A stretch of 64,000 nt of DNA from Callorhinchus milii (taxonomy: Eukaryota): the NCBI RefSeq assembly GCF_018977255.1, contig NW_024704745.1, forward strand, positions 10,602,001-10,666,000, written 5' to 3'. The translations under genes and the position numbers were made by a program. The notes beneath the pieces are model-generated. The model saw only the letters and a program-made list of their open reading frames with translations, made no database searches and was not told the DNA's origin. Numbering within the stretch: position 1 is the first letter of the stretch; each line of letters begins with the position of its first letter. Positions 1 to 20,722 of this stretch are shown here, in pieces.

Positions 1-189
1 CTGGCTTTGGAACAACTTGTCATTTCACTACACAGGCTTGAACCTACAACCTCCTGTTGTATTCTGATCAAACCTGACCTTCCACTTCGACTGTGCCCTC
101 TCTCTATGGCTCGGCATCAAGCTCGCCCACTGTTAATTGCTCTGTGATACTACCCCACGTAAAGGGCCTATTCAAACGCAAGTTGTTGT

Positions 190-345
190 TCTTGGAGGTG
201 GAAACAGATTCAATAACAACTTTCAACAGGGAATTCTATAGGTACTTGAAAAGGAAATATTTGCAGGGGTATGGGGAAAGAGCAGAGCAGTGGGACTGAT
301 TGGGTAGCTCTGCTGTGCTGTAATATTCTACGATTCTACTAAAAT
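190..345 (+). mobile_element. CR1-type LINE 3' end fragment
   Basis: ggtacttgaaaagg...gcaggggtatggggaaagagcag...gggactgattgggtagctct, the same 3' UTR type as 6860-7282 and 46600-46750. Confidence 0.6.
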
Positions 346-368
346 ACGATTCTTATGTTCTTTGAAAG

Positions 369-9790
<9,422 letters not shown>

Positions 9791-9925
9791 CCCGTGGGAC
9801 TTTTTCAACATGTAATCAATGCAAAACTGCAGGAGTGTGTTTTTTGCTAGAAACTGCATGCTTTACCTTAGTTAAAGGGGCAATGTGAAATACATTGCAC
9901 CTTCCATAGTACATGGATGTAAGGC

Positions 9926-9931
9926 AATAAA
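9926..9931 (+). other. Candidate poly(A) signal of the myosin gene
   Basis: AATAAA about 135 nt after the stop codon. Confidence 0.6.
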
Positions 9932-10930
9932 GGTTTGACCACTCTCAAAGGTTGTTTTCTCAATTGATCCAATTGTATCACAGTGAAATCAAAATAAATC
10001 ATGTTATATGTATAAAATTTATTGATTTGGAGAGCATATTAATTGTTCATTGGAGTTCAGAAAGATTGAAGATATTCTAGAAAAAAATTCTGTAGTAATC
10101 AAAGCAGTTCAAACTTTAAATTGTTTTTTAAATTGCATGAATTTATAGTCAAATATGTGGTGTCAAATTTATCTCTTATGGGTGTGGTGATTATCTGGAA
10201 ATAGGCCGTGACGTCTGTTCAAATTGTTTAACTGTACATTACTCAATAATTGCTCTGTACAGTTGAGCATTCCGAGCTCCATTCCTGGAAGCCTGACCAA
10301 TAAGATATTTCATTTTGCATTCTGCATTTGCTTTCGATACTCTTAAGACTAAATTTGGGGTGAACTTCTGGTCTCTGTTCCTCCTCCTTTTAGGATATGT
10401 TTGTCAATGGCTGCTACATCCTAGCTAAACTATATACTGTGCTTAATCCTCATCTCCTAACTCACAAATACCCACCTTCATTCTCTTTAGTAACACCGGC
10501 TACAAAATACATGGTCAGTACATTTTTACTACAAAGCCCTTTGAGTCAATCTTCCAATATGAAAGTTGCTATATCAAATGCAAAGATTATTATTAATAGG
10601 TCTGACCTGGAGATTAGTCCTCACACTTCACTTTACAGTAAAATTATGTGAAGATGTTTGAGATGTTTTGACAATGTGATGAATCACCATATCAAAAGCA
10701 AGGATTATTAATATTGTTTTTTGTTGTGTCGTTTAAGCTGCAGAATTTTGCACAAAATTGCTCCTTTAATTAGACTTTTTTCCCATTTTGTATGTTTTGT
10801 TTGAGGACAGAATTTTTTTAATAATAATGCTAAGCAATTCATCAGCAATGTCTAGTACTCTTTCCCCCCCATCCCCCCAACCATGCATTTATACATTGCA
10901 TTCATATTAGAAAACAGTTAGACTTATTTT

Positions 10931-11045
10931 AAACAAAAACAGAAGTTGCTGGGAACACTCAGCAGGTCAGGCAGCATCTATGGAGAAAGGAAAGTGAGTC
11001 AACGTTTCGGGTCCACGACGGTTCTGATGAAGGGTCGATTCGAAG
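10931..11045. mobile_element. Penelope-like terminal-repeat fragment with an internally inverted hammerhead-like core
   Basis: Shared block gctgggaacactcagcaggtcaggcagcatctatggagaaaggaaagtgagtcaacgtttcgggtcc, also at 34795-34899 and 42725-42860. The Penelope assignment is inferred from the CTGANGA...GAAAC motif. Confidence 0.55.
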
Positions 11046-12288
11046 AGAGAAAGATTCTCCCAGTGTTCTGGCCAACATATCTCCCCATTAAAATTGGTCA
11101 CTCACTCAATAGCTGTTTGAGGGACAAAACTTGTGCAAATTGACTGCCGTGTTGTGCCCATAAAATAAAAAACAATCATTCCACTTTACAGTATATCCTG
11201 TGAAGCATTTCGAGACAGTTCAACAACATGATAAGGCATTATATATCAAATGTAAGGATTATTAATATTATTTTGTAGAGCAATTATAACTTGGCGTTGT
11301 TTAGCATTCTCACCCAGTGCCCAATGTATTAAATTAGTATAGCAGAATGCAAGGATTACCAGTTCGACAGTGACATTAAAGAGTGAAAAACTGTGGAAAA
11401 AACTGTGAAAAAATCCTAAACCAAGATTGAAAGAATTTGGCTCAGAGTAAGTAAAATGTCAATGGTTTCTGTCAAAGTAAGTCTAGGATTTGCCGCAGTG
11501 CAAATGTGCAAGTCTTATACTAACTCAAACTGTAGATCAGAACTCAACATACACAGTATTCATCAAATGGAAGGATGGTGGAGTTTCAAACCTACCGAGT
11601 GAACATATTGTATCCTCAAACAAAATTAAAAGTTAACTTTGACAAAAATAAAGTGAGATGATTTGAGAAGATTAAATTGTGCCTAAACATACGATTTTGC
11701 ACAGATAACTCAGATCTAACCAGAAGATAAATATAGGAAATGGCTGAGTCTAGTCAGCAATTTAGGGTTAAGTGAATTGTCAGCTGGTAACCACTGACTA
11801 TAAGCATCTGTTTGCAGCTTTTAAATTGAAACTCGTTCAGATAGTTTAGAACAAAAATATTATTCACCATTTAATTTCCTGTCCCGAGTGCAAACATAAA
11901 GGAAGACAGATCTTTTTAAAGTGATTGACGTCACAGACTATCTATCTCTAAAACTAAATTGCATCGCAAAAATCTCTCACTTCACTACTGAAAATGCAAG
12001 CAAGAAGATGCAAGGAACTGAAAGCCCGTTTCCTACAACAATTCTAGTTTGACGAACGTTTTTGCAGAGCGTTATTTTGAAGGAAAATTGATGATCAACT
12101 TTCCTTGTGCATTCTTTTCTTTTGTGAAAACTGACTATGAAGGCAGAATACAAGCAGCATTGACAGAGGAGCTGTGCTACAGGAGGAATCCATTGTTGTT
12201 TCTCTTTCTTTCTTGGAGGTAAAATTAACATTGGGTTTTAAAACAGAAAATACTATATTACTACAATATAATATTATAATACTGTATA

Positions 12289-12776
12289 ATAATAATGCTT
12301 GCTTTTCATATAGCGCCATTCACATTGGGATGGTGTCTCAAAATGCTTCACGCGATTTACTGCTAATTGTAGTGGCTATGTGTTTTGTAGGCAAATGCGG
12401 CAGCCAATTTGCACATCGCAATGTCCTCCAAACACCCATGAGGTGAGTGATCAGTATTGTGTAGACGAACACAGCAGGCAATTTGCGCAACAGTGTCCAA
12501 GAAACAGCAATGAGTTGAATGACCAATTTTATCTGAGGGAATTCTTGGTGAGGACCCCAGGAGAAACTCCCTTCTCTTTTCAAAAAGCGCCATTGGATCT
12601 TTAACATCCCCCCGAAAAGGAAGCCGAGACCTCTTTTTTTAATCTTATTCAAAGAAGCAAAACAGCATTGTGTTGAACTGTCAGCCTAGACTGTGAGCTC
12701 CAAGTCCTGACATGCGGCTGAAACCTACAACCTCCCGACTCAGAGGCGAGAGTGCTGCCAACTGAGCCAGACTATA
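12289..12776 (-). mobile_element. Old full-length tRNA-head Deu-domain SINE (SacSINE1/AmnSINE-like)
   Basis: Minus-strand head GGCTCAGTTGGCAGCACTCTCGCCTCTGAGTC, central AAAGATCCAATGGCGC...GGGAGTTTCTCCTGG, and a (TTA)n tail. Confidence 0.7.
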
Positions 12777-14288
12777 TTGTAATACTGTAGTATAATTTTT
12801 AGAGAGTTTTGTGCTTCGCATTGGTGGCTGGATTTCAAAGATACGGAATTAAATATTTTTGCATCATTTGCAACGGAGGGTTGATTCACAATTTGTCTGT
12901 CAATTTTCTGACCTTGGCAGCCGATGATGGCTGATTTTTCACCGATGTACCATTGTGAGCTTAGGATTGGACTTTCGCTATTGTATTATAAATTCCTGCT
13001 ACCAAGAACTGTTTGCTGTTCGCAAATTGGCTGCCGGATTAACCCACACAAAAAAATGTCACTGCACTTTACAAGTATATCCTGTGAAACACTTTGAGGT
13101 GGGTTCCTGTGCTTTACCAAATAGAACAATTATTATTATTACATTGACTGACCTGCAGGGGAAAACGTACATTCACCCTCCAAGAACTATAGAGAATCGA
13201 CGATTCTCTAATCAGACAATTGGAGAATTGGCTCAGAGTGTAATAACAATAATTCTTACATTTGGTGTTGGGCCTTTCACATCAGGAGTAAGTCCCAAAG
13301 AGCTTCACAGGACATACTGTAAAGTGGTGTGGCTTTGTGTTTTATGGGCTAATTCAGCAGCCAAATTTGCTATAATATACATATATATGATAGTACTATA
13401 TATGATACGCAGCATTATACTTGTTCAGCTAGGATTGCTTCAGCTAATAGGACTTTGGTTTGCAGGATAAAGGGCACTTCCCCGGTTGGGGAGAGGAGCG
13501 AAAGAGGGCAGGAGACTCCTTGGGGCTGAACAAGCTCCAAGGTTGCGTGTTCACCAACAAAATGGCAGAATCGAGTCAACCCTCGGTGGCAATCTTGCTA
13601 ATTCAGTTCCTTGGTAGCTTGGATCCTTACTGGGTTGAAATCATTATCTATCTCATGCACTGGTTCGATTATTTCCCGGAATCTCAAAGACTTCTGGAAC
13701 TTCTTGCCTTCCCTTTCTCGCATGATCTACGGGCTTTTTAAAAACCAAAGCGCAGAATCACTGAATCACTTCTTGGCACACCTCGATTTCTCCACTAAGG
13801 GGTTTAACCTTGTTGTTAGACTGCACTATGGGCCTTGACTTTTTATCGAGGTTCTACAACTTCCATTGTTCACAACTGACTTTACACTGTAAACATTGGT
13901 GCCACTTCCATGGGAGTATCTGATGAAACGTTTCATAAATTACTGTGATAGCAACGTTAAAGCAAATGTGGAATTAAAAAGGAGCATTTAAACTCAGGTG
14001 ACCACAACAGAACCACTGATCAGACTTGCCTAGTCCAGTGTGGTCTAACCACCGTACATAATAATGTAATGAAGCCACGCACTTACTTTACACAGTTGAA
14101 ATAAAGCAGTAGTTTTGAAGGGCAATCAGCTTCCCTGGTGTACACACAAATGTAACTATGGAAAAATCCAATATTTGTAGTCATTTGTAGTCAGTTAAAA
14201 TGCGATAGGAAAATAAAAAGTCAAAGACCTTCATCAATCAAAAACAGTGAAGCTACAACAGCCCTTCACAGCTGCTTGAACGGTTTAT

Positions 14289-14695
14289 GGAGTCCTGCAG
14301 CTTAGTGGTTAGAGCACTTGCCGCGCAAGAGAGAGGACCTGGGTTTGATTCCCGTGCAGGGCAAAAGGTTGGACAAGTTTCCTTACTCCACACGCCTCTG
14401 TTTACCTCGCAGTACATAGGAACATGGTTGTTAGTCGAATGGTGGATTGCTTTTCCGGGAGTAATGATCCCTTCAAAAAAAAAAATAATAATTTGGTCAC
14501 TTAATCCACGACTGTTTGTCGGACATTGCTGTGCGCAATTGGCTGCCGCGTTTCACCCACAAAATATACAGTCAATTCATCACTTTACAGCATATTCCAT
14601 GAAGTACTTTAATCACGTTGTTGAAACGTCTCAAAGCGCTTCACAGGATATACTATAAAGTTGAATGACTGTATTTTATGGGCACAACATGGCAA
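14289..14695 (+). mobile_element. tRNA-derived SINE (long subfamily), fused tail-to-tail with an inverted SINE fragment
   Basis: Head GGAGTCCTGCAGCTTAGTGG with A/B boxes; orientation flips at about 14610. Confidence 0.85.
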
Positions 14696-15959
14696 AATAC
14701 TCAGAGTAAAGCTGCTTTCCCACTAAGTCAGATGTTTGACAAAGCTTCTCAATTGTAACCGTTCAGAAAGGTGTCTGGGAGTGAGGGGAAGAGTGTGAGG
14801 GGAAAAGTAATAAATGAATTTAAACTCTAAATTAGTCCTCAGTATTATTTAGTAGCTGAGTACTAAATAACATTGGGAATACTGAGACTGTGTGAAGATT
14901 TTGTGCTGTCTGTCCCTCTCTACTTGCTTTCAAATCCCACCTTAAAACCTACCTCTTCCACTATGTTTATGGTCTCTTTATTCTGTAAAACCAGGTTTGA
15001 GAACCTTGCACCTCACTGACCAGTTAGTTTGACCTGTGGACAGCAATCACTTGCCAATACAATTCCGTAATGTGCGATAGCTACTGCAGATAATACAATT
15101 TTTTGAGGTCTTAGTTGTACTCTGTAGCTTAATTGGATCAGCCCAACGCAAATTTTTAAAAATAATCTACATCGATACTTGGCTTAGAATACCATCAGCA
15201 ATGGTAACCTGAATAAAGGTACCGTAAGTGGCGTGTTCTTTCATTTAATTGAAATCTGCTGCTGTTTGCTGAGGGCTTTTAGCGTTTTCCACTCGTAGAA
15301 TTTTACAAAGAATAAAATTACTTCTGGAGATAAGAAATTCATTGTATTCATTGCTTGTACACCTGACCGTTGTTGCCTTTAAATTGATGTTCATTGAGTC
15401 GAGTTTCATTTTACAAACTATTGTTTATCCTGTGACCTTTAGACTTAGATTGTTATGATACCCTTAAATAAAGAATGCAAAGTACTGAACTGTAATGGTT
15501 CTTTTTAGAGGTTTTGTAGGACAAGGCAGCATAAACAGAATTGAGGGGAAGCTGAAAGGTCACTCATTACTCTGGGTAGTGTTATATCACATCAAGCTGA
15601 CCGCTTTCGCGAGAAACTGTATGCATCCATGTATGTGCATGCTTTGAACTTACACTTTTTAAAGGTCATAGCATCAAAATTGAAATATATTCAGATTATT
15701 TTTTGTGCGCATTGCTGTTTATTGATTTTTTTAAAATATTGATAAACATATTAATTCGAATTTCTTACATTTACTGTATTAAATTACTCCATGTGTTACC
15801 AATACAAAGTCTTTTAACATCCATACTTATTTTTCATGTCATTGTTTTATCTAATTTAACCACTTTCAAATTATTTGTTTTTTTAGAAGGATGTACAACA
15901 AAGTCTAGGCATGGAATAGGAAATCCTTACTTTCTAATTCAATGGAAAGAACAGATTCC

Positions 15960-16332
15960 TCCATAGGTACCTTTGGATGAGATGCTCGTCCTTTGGATGA
16001 GCCGTTAAACCGAGGTCCCATCTGTACATTCAGGTGTACGTTACAGATCCCATGGCATGTTTTTAAAAGAGAAGGGAGTTTTTCCTGGTGCCTGGCCAAA
16101 CAAATCTCCCAAATAAAATTGGTCACTCACATCATGGCTATTTATGGGACTTTGCTGTGTGCAAATTGGTTGCTGTGTTTACCTACAAATGTGAACACGG
16201 TGACCATTTTGCACAGAGCAAAATCCAGGATGGATACAGTGTAAAGTGTATCACAGTCACTCCACTTCTTATCCTACAAAGTGCTTTGGAGTGAAACTCG
16301 CTATGCCAAATGCAAAGATTATTATTATTAAT
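15960..16332 (+). mobile_element. Old Deu-domain SINE body and tail
   Basis: ggatgagccgttaaaccgaggtcc...agatcccatggca...cctggcc core followed by the shared 3' part and (att)n. Confidence 0.7.
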
Positions 16333-16957
16333 AATGCTGCTCTGCATTGAAAACTAAACCTGCCCTTTGTTGGGTTGGAAAGATCCAATATTGAGCTTGC
16401 TTCTCCCAAGTGGGAGCTTACTAACCAGTTTTCATGCAGAACAGCATCAAAATTCAAGAAAGAGAATCAAAAGTATGAAGTTCTAATACAGTCTAACCAG
16501 TATTAAAGTGCTCTTCATAACATCGTTTTACCCATAGCGTGATCAATAACTTGTATTCCCTCGTGACAGTAGAGAAAAAAATAGCATTTAAGGATTCAGA
16601 CGAGAAATATACAGCAATATGTAGCTTTATTGCTGCAATGTTCTAACTTCTTTCCAGTGTCACAGTGCATAAGCTGAAAATGTACCGAACCAGGGAAGAG
16701 AGAGGAGTTTCCGTAGACCTGCCACTGTCTAAGGGTTTGGTTTACAATAATAAAGGTACTTATCAAAGACGCTTTGTAAAATCTACTATCTTTATGAATA
16801 TCTGCAGATCCTATCAATTAAAATTCAGTGGAGACCTGCCGACCAATTCAGTCTCCATAAATAGCTTCAGACATAGATCAGAAATGTGACTACTCTGTGA
16901 GAAGGTACTTTTCATGTTAAAATCGTCCTTGCAGCTGCCTGAGCTGAGCAAGACAGT

Positions 16958-17935
16958 CGGGTGGAACTTGTCAACACTCAGGGGACTGAGTTTGTGACAG
17001 TACTGTCCTTGGTCCCCTCCTCTTCAATATCTACGTGCTCTCTCTTGGTGACATCATCCGCAGACATGGGGTCAACTTCCACATGTATGCAGATAATAAT
17101 AATAATCCTGGCATTTGATATAGCACTTTTCACATCGAGAGGACGTCCCAAAGCGCTTCACAGAACACACTGTAAAGTGAATTGACTGTATATTTGTGGG
17201 CGAACGCGGCAGCCAATTGCGCACAGCAATGTCCCACAAACAGTCGTAGATTGAAAATGACCAATTTAATTATTGTTTTTAGTTTTGGAGGGATTATTAT
17301 TAGGCGTGTGAAGTAAGGAAACTTGGCCAAGGTTTCGCCCTCTGCCTGGAATTGAACTCAGGTCTCTCACTTGCAAAGAGAGTGTTCTAACCACTGAGCT
17401 ACAGGACTCCACATACACACATACACACATTCATAACATCCAGGCTTGACTATGCAAACTCCTTGCTTGTCGGCCTCCTCAACTCCTCCTTCCATAGGCT
17501 GCAGAACATCCAGAACTCTGCAGCTCGTGTCCTCTCCTGCACCAGGCTCCGTAACCCTATCACCCCCATCCTTGCCCGACTCCATTAGCTTCCCATCACA
17601 CAGAGGATCCTGTTCAAGATGCTGGTCCTCACCTTCAAAGCCCTCCATGGCCTTGCTCCTACCTCTGCAAGCTCCTAACCCCCCACCAACCTGCCTGCTC
17701 CCTCCCCTCAGTGGGGTTGCTTCATATCCCCCACCTTTCCTGCCCCCTCCCTTGCCTCCTTCAAGACCCATCTCAAGACCCTCCTCTTCAACCATGCTTT
17801 CGATCACCCTCCTTTCCCCCCTGCCCTCCACCCTCCCCGATCCCGACCCCCAGCTCGGGTCCGAAACACTGATTGTTCAGCGCCTTGGGACATTCTCCTG
17901 ACGTGAAAGGCGCCAAACAAATGTAATTTTGTTGT
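16958..17935 (+). mobile_element. L2 LINE RT and 3' end, interrupted by a SINE
   Basis: [10 protein letters not shown]...HMYAD, then the SINE, then FITSRLDYANSLL... and the tail GTGAAAGGCGCC..AAATGTAATTTTGTTGTTG. Confidence 0.85.
17094..17410 (-). mobile_element. Young full-length tRNA-SINE (short subfamily)
   Basis: Reverse of GGAGTCCTGTAGCTCAGTGGTTAGAACACTC...GGATTATTATT; near-identical to 28153-28422 and 45611-45880. Confidence 0.9.
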
Positions 17936-18640
17936 TGTGCTCTTGAGATCTCAGTAGTTTTTCCACTACAAAAACAAATTACATTTGTATAGTGCCTTTC
18001 ATGTCAGGAGGATGTCCTAATGTTAAGGGTTGTTTAAACAAGCCTCCTTGAGTCTCTCAATTTTTTGAAGCTGCTGGTAATCAAAGGGTTTAATGCAGTT
18101 GATAGTAAATTGGAGTTCACAATCTCTTGCTGATGTGAATTAATTAGCTCTTTCTAACACTTCGTTTGAACAGATATCAAAGTATGATACGGGAGATCAG
18201 TATCATTTACAGAAGTAAAGACATACAGCTTCCTGTCTCTGTTTCCGTAAGAGATACAGATCTCACATATCATGCTTTTATATTTGATTCCAATTAAAAA
18301 TAACATTAATTTCTCATGTTGGAGTATCGTTACTGCTCGTGACAATTTTTTAAATTGAAAGTTATCAGCCTATTATGTGTGTGAAAAAGATACATCCAGC
18401 AATCAATAGGTTGTCTGGATTTCAAGATTTCAAGAACTTTAAATACATGGCCAAAAATAAACATTAATTAACTGTTTATTAACTAATTTTGGATGAGCAA
18501 TATCTTTCTGTAACTTAGGGATCAACACGACTGAATCCATCTTGTTCAGAGCACACCAGCACCTAGATAGATCCCTTGTCATTATTAACCAAACAACCCC
18601 CTTCCCAACACCCTGGCGAGATGAATTGGTCATTCAACTC

Positions 18641-19062
18641 AACAACAACAACAACAAATTACATTTTTCCAAGACGCTGTCTAGTGTATAGCATTTCAGA
18701 CCCGAGCTGGGGTCAGGGAGGGAGAAGGGAGGGGAGAACTTGAAGGAGGCTAAGGAGGGGGCGAGGCGGAGTGATTGGGGGATGGAATTACAGAGATTGG
18801 GGGTAGAGTGGTAGAAGGCTCTCCCACCAATGGTGGGACGGATCGAGGGACATGGAGCAGGCCGGAGCCGGCTGAGCGGAGGGAGCGGGTGGGTTGATAG
18901 GGGATTAGGAGGTTGTAGAGGTAGGGTGGGGCGAGGCCATGGAGGGCTTTGTAGGTGAGGTCCAGGATCTTGAACTGGATCCTCTGAAGCAAAGGGAGCC
19001 AATGGAGTCGGGCGAGAATGGGGGAGATGGGGTCAGGGCAGTAGTAGTCCTGGAGTTGAGGG
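18641..19062 (-). mobile_element. L2 LINE 3' end
   Basis: (aac)n tail; the minus-strand ORF encodes LHWLPLLQRIQFKIL...GLAPPYL. Confidence 0.85.
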
Positions 19063-20237
19063 TGGAGGCAGAAAGATAGACTCATTACTGTATGTAGAGC
19101 TGTCGTTGGGGGTGATTAGCTTCACATCTTCCCACATAATGAAAAACCAACACATTTCTAAGTACCTTTGGTGAAACGCATTTATTCTACGTGGGTGTAA
19201 AACTGTAATCTTCTTGAAACTACCTCCTCCAAGATGTGAGGCATAGGGTTCCAGCATGATTCACACTGGCTCAGTCCCATTTATTACTATGCATTTGGTG
19301 GGGGGAAACTGCTGTGAAAATCATAATGACTCATCACCAAACATGTAGTACAAACTCAGCACAAAAATATTTAATATGTTTTTGCCAGCGTTGAAATTTT
19401 GTATTATTATTATTTAATTTGTAATATATCTTTGTATTTAGTATAGCTCTGCGACGTCCTCCTGATGGTGAAAGGCGCTGTACCAAATATACTGTACAGT
19501 GTAGTGACTGCGTGTTTTGTGGGCGAACTTGGCAGCCAATTTAGAGGATTATTGGCCAGACATTAGGAGAAACTCCCTTAGCTTTTCAAACAGTACCATG
19601 TCCACTTCAACAGGCAGATGGAGCTTAATTTATCATCTAATCCAAAGGGGGGGAGCACCTTCAGCAACCCAGCACATCCCCAGTACGACATTGGAGTGTC
19701 AGCTTAGACTAATTGACGCATGCAGTTAAATATTTAAACATCCATCTAAATCTGGTATCTCTGTTTTGACTGAGTTTAACTAATTCAGCACAGACTGGGA
19801 TTTGAACCTGCAGAATTCTGGTCTGTATGGCCCAGAGTTGCATTTTTACCTACGAGGCCATTCATGCAATTCTCAATAGCCTCTCATGAAACATGTGAAA
19901 GAAAAAACAAACATTGTTAACGAGCCACAAAAATATGGGTCTCCATCTATGAGGAAAAATGAAACTCTACACTACCACAGCAAGTAACGCCGTGACTCAA
20001 AATCAACCTCATAAACTTACAGGTTTGAGACGCTAGAGCTCTACAGAGGGTAATTCTATACCAGTCAATAAAATTCATAGTAACCCAGAATTGTCTTTGG
20101 TATGTCTGTGGACGTTTCCTTAAATACATAGGCACTTGAATTAATGAGTAATTAACCAACAGTTATCAAACCGCCATTTGCCTGTCTGCCGTGCTTTGCA
20201 CTTTTTTTTGACCAAATATATTTGTTAGTATAAAAAT

Positions 20238-20722
20238 ACAACAACAACTTGGATTTATATAGCGCCCTTCACGTCAGATGGCGTCTCAGAGCGCTTCACA
20301 GTAACAGATTCCAGGGCCGAGCCAGGGGGAGGGGGAGGAAGGTGACCAAAGGCGCGGTCGAAGAGAAAGGTCTTCAGCAGGGACCTGAAAATAGGAAGGG
20401 AGGGAGCGAGGTGAAGAGAGTGAGGAAGGGAATTCCAGAGCCTCGGGGCGTAGTGGCTGAAGGCACGGCCGCCGAGGGTGGAGCGGAGGACTCGGCGGAC
20501 GAGGAGGAGGTCAGACCTGGAGGAACGAAGGCAACGGATACTGTTTTGAGGAGAGAGGAGGTCAGATAGATAGGCAGGGTGCAGAGGAATGGAGGGATTT
20601 GAATACAAGGGTGAGGATCTTGAAGTCGATCCTCTCTGGGATAGGCAGCCAGTATAGTCTGGCAAGGACTGGGGTGATTGGGGAGCAGAGCTTGGTGCGG
20701 GTGAGAATCTGGGCGGCACAAA
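20238..20722 (-). mobile_element. L2 LINE 3' end
   Basis: Minus-strand ITPVLARLYWLPIPERIDFKIL and GGRAFSHYAPRLWNSLP; (aac)n tail. Confidence 0.9.

Noticed and set aside
10205-10400. Minus-strand peptide PKRRRNR...QLYRAIIE* resembling an IFN-gamma or IL-10-family C-terminus
   Set aside because: In-frame TGA just upstream, no usable acceptor and no other exons.
12125-12195. Minus-strand signal-peptide-like MDSSCSTAPLSMLLVFCLH with a phase-1 GTCAGT donor
   Set aside because: No downstream coding exon found before the myosin 3' end.
12955-13960. ORFs of 171, 93 and 75 aa, plus a minus-strand frame with only one stop in about 100 codons
   Set aside because: The first is SINE/L2-derived. The others have no recognisable domain or consistent splice chain; a faint resemblance to TRAT1 was not convincing.
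14289-14365. tRNA gene-like A/B boxes, here and at about 10 other sites
   Set aside because: They are SINE heads: each continues into the same body and (TTA)n tail, with no proper cloverleaf end.
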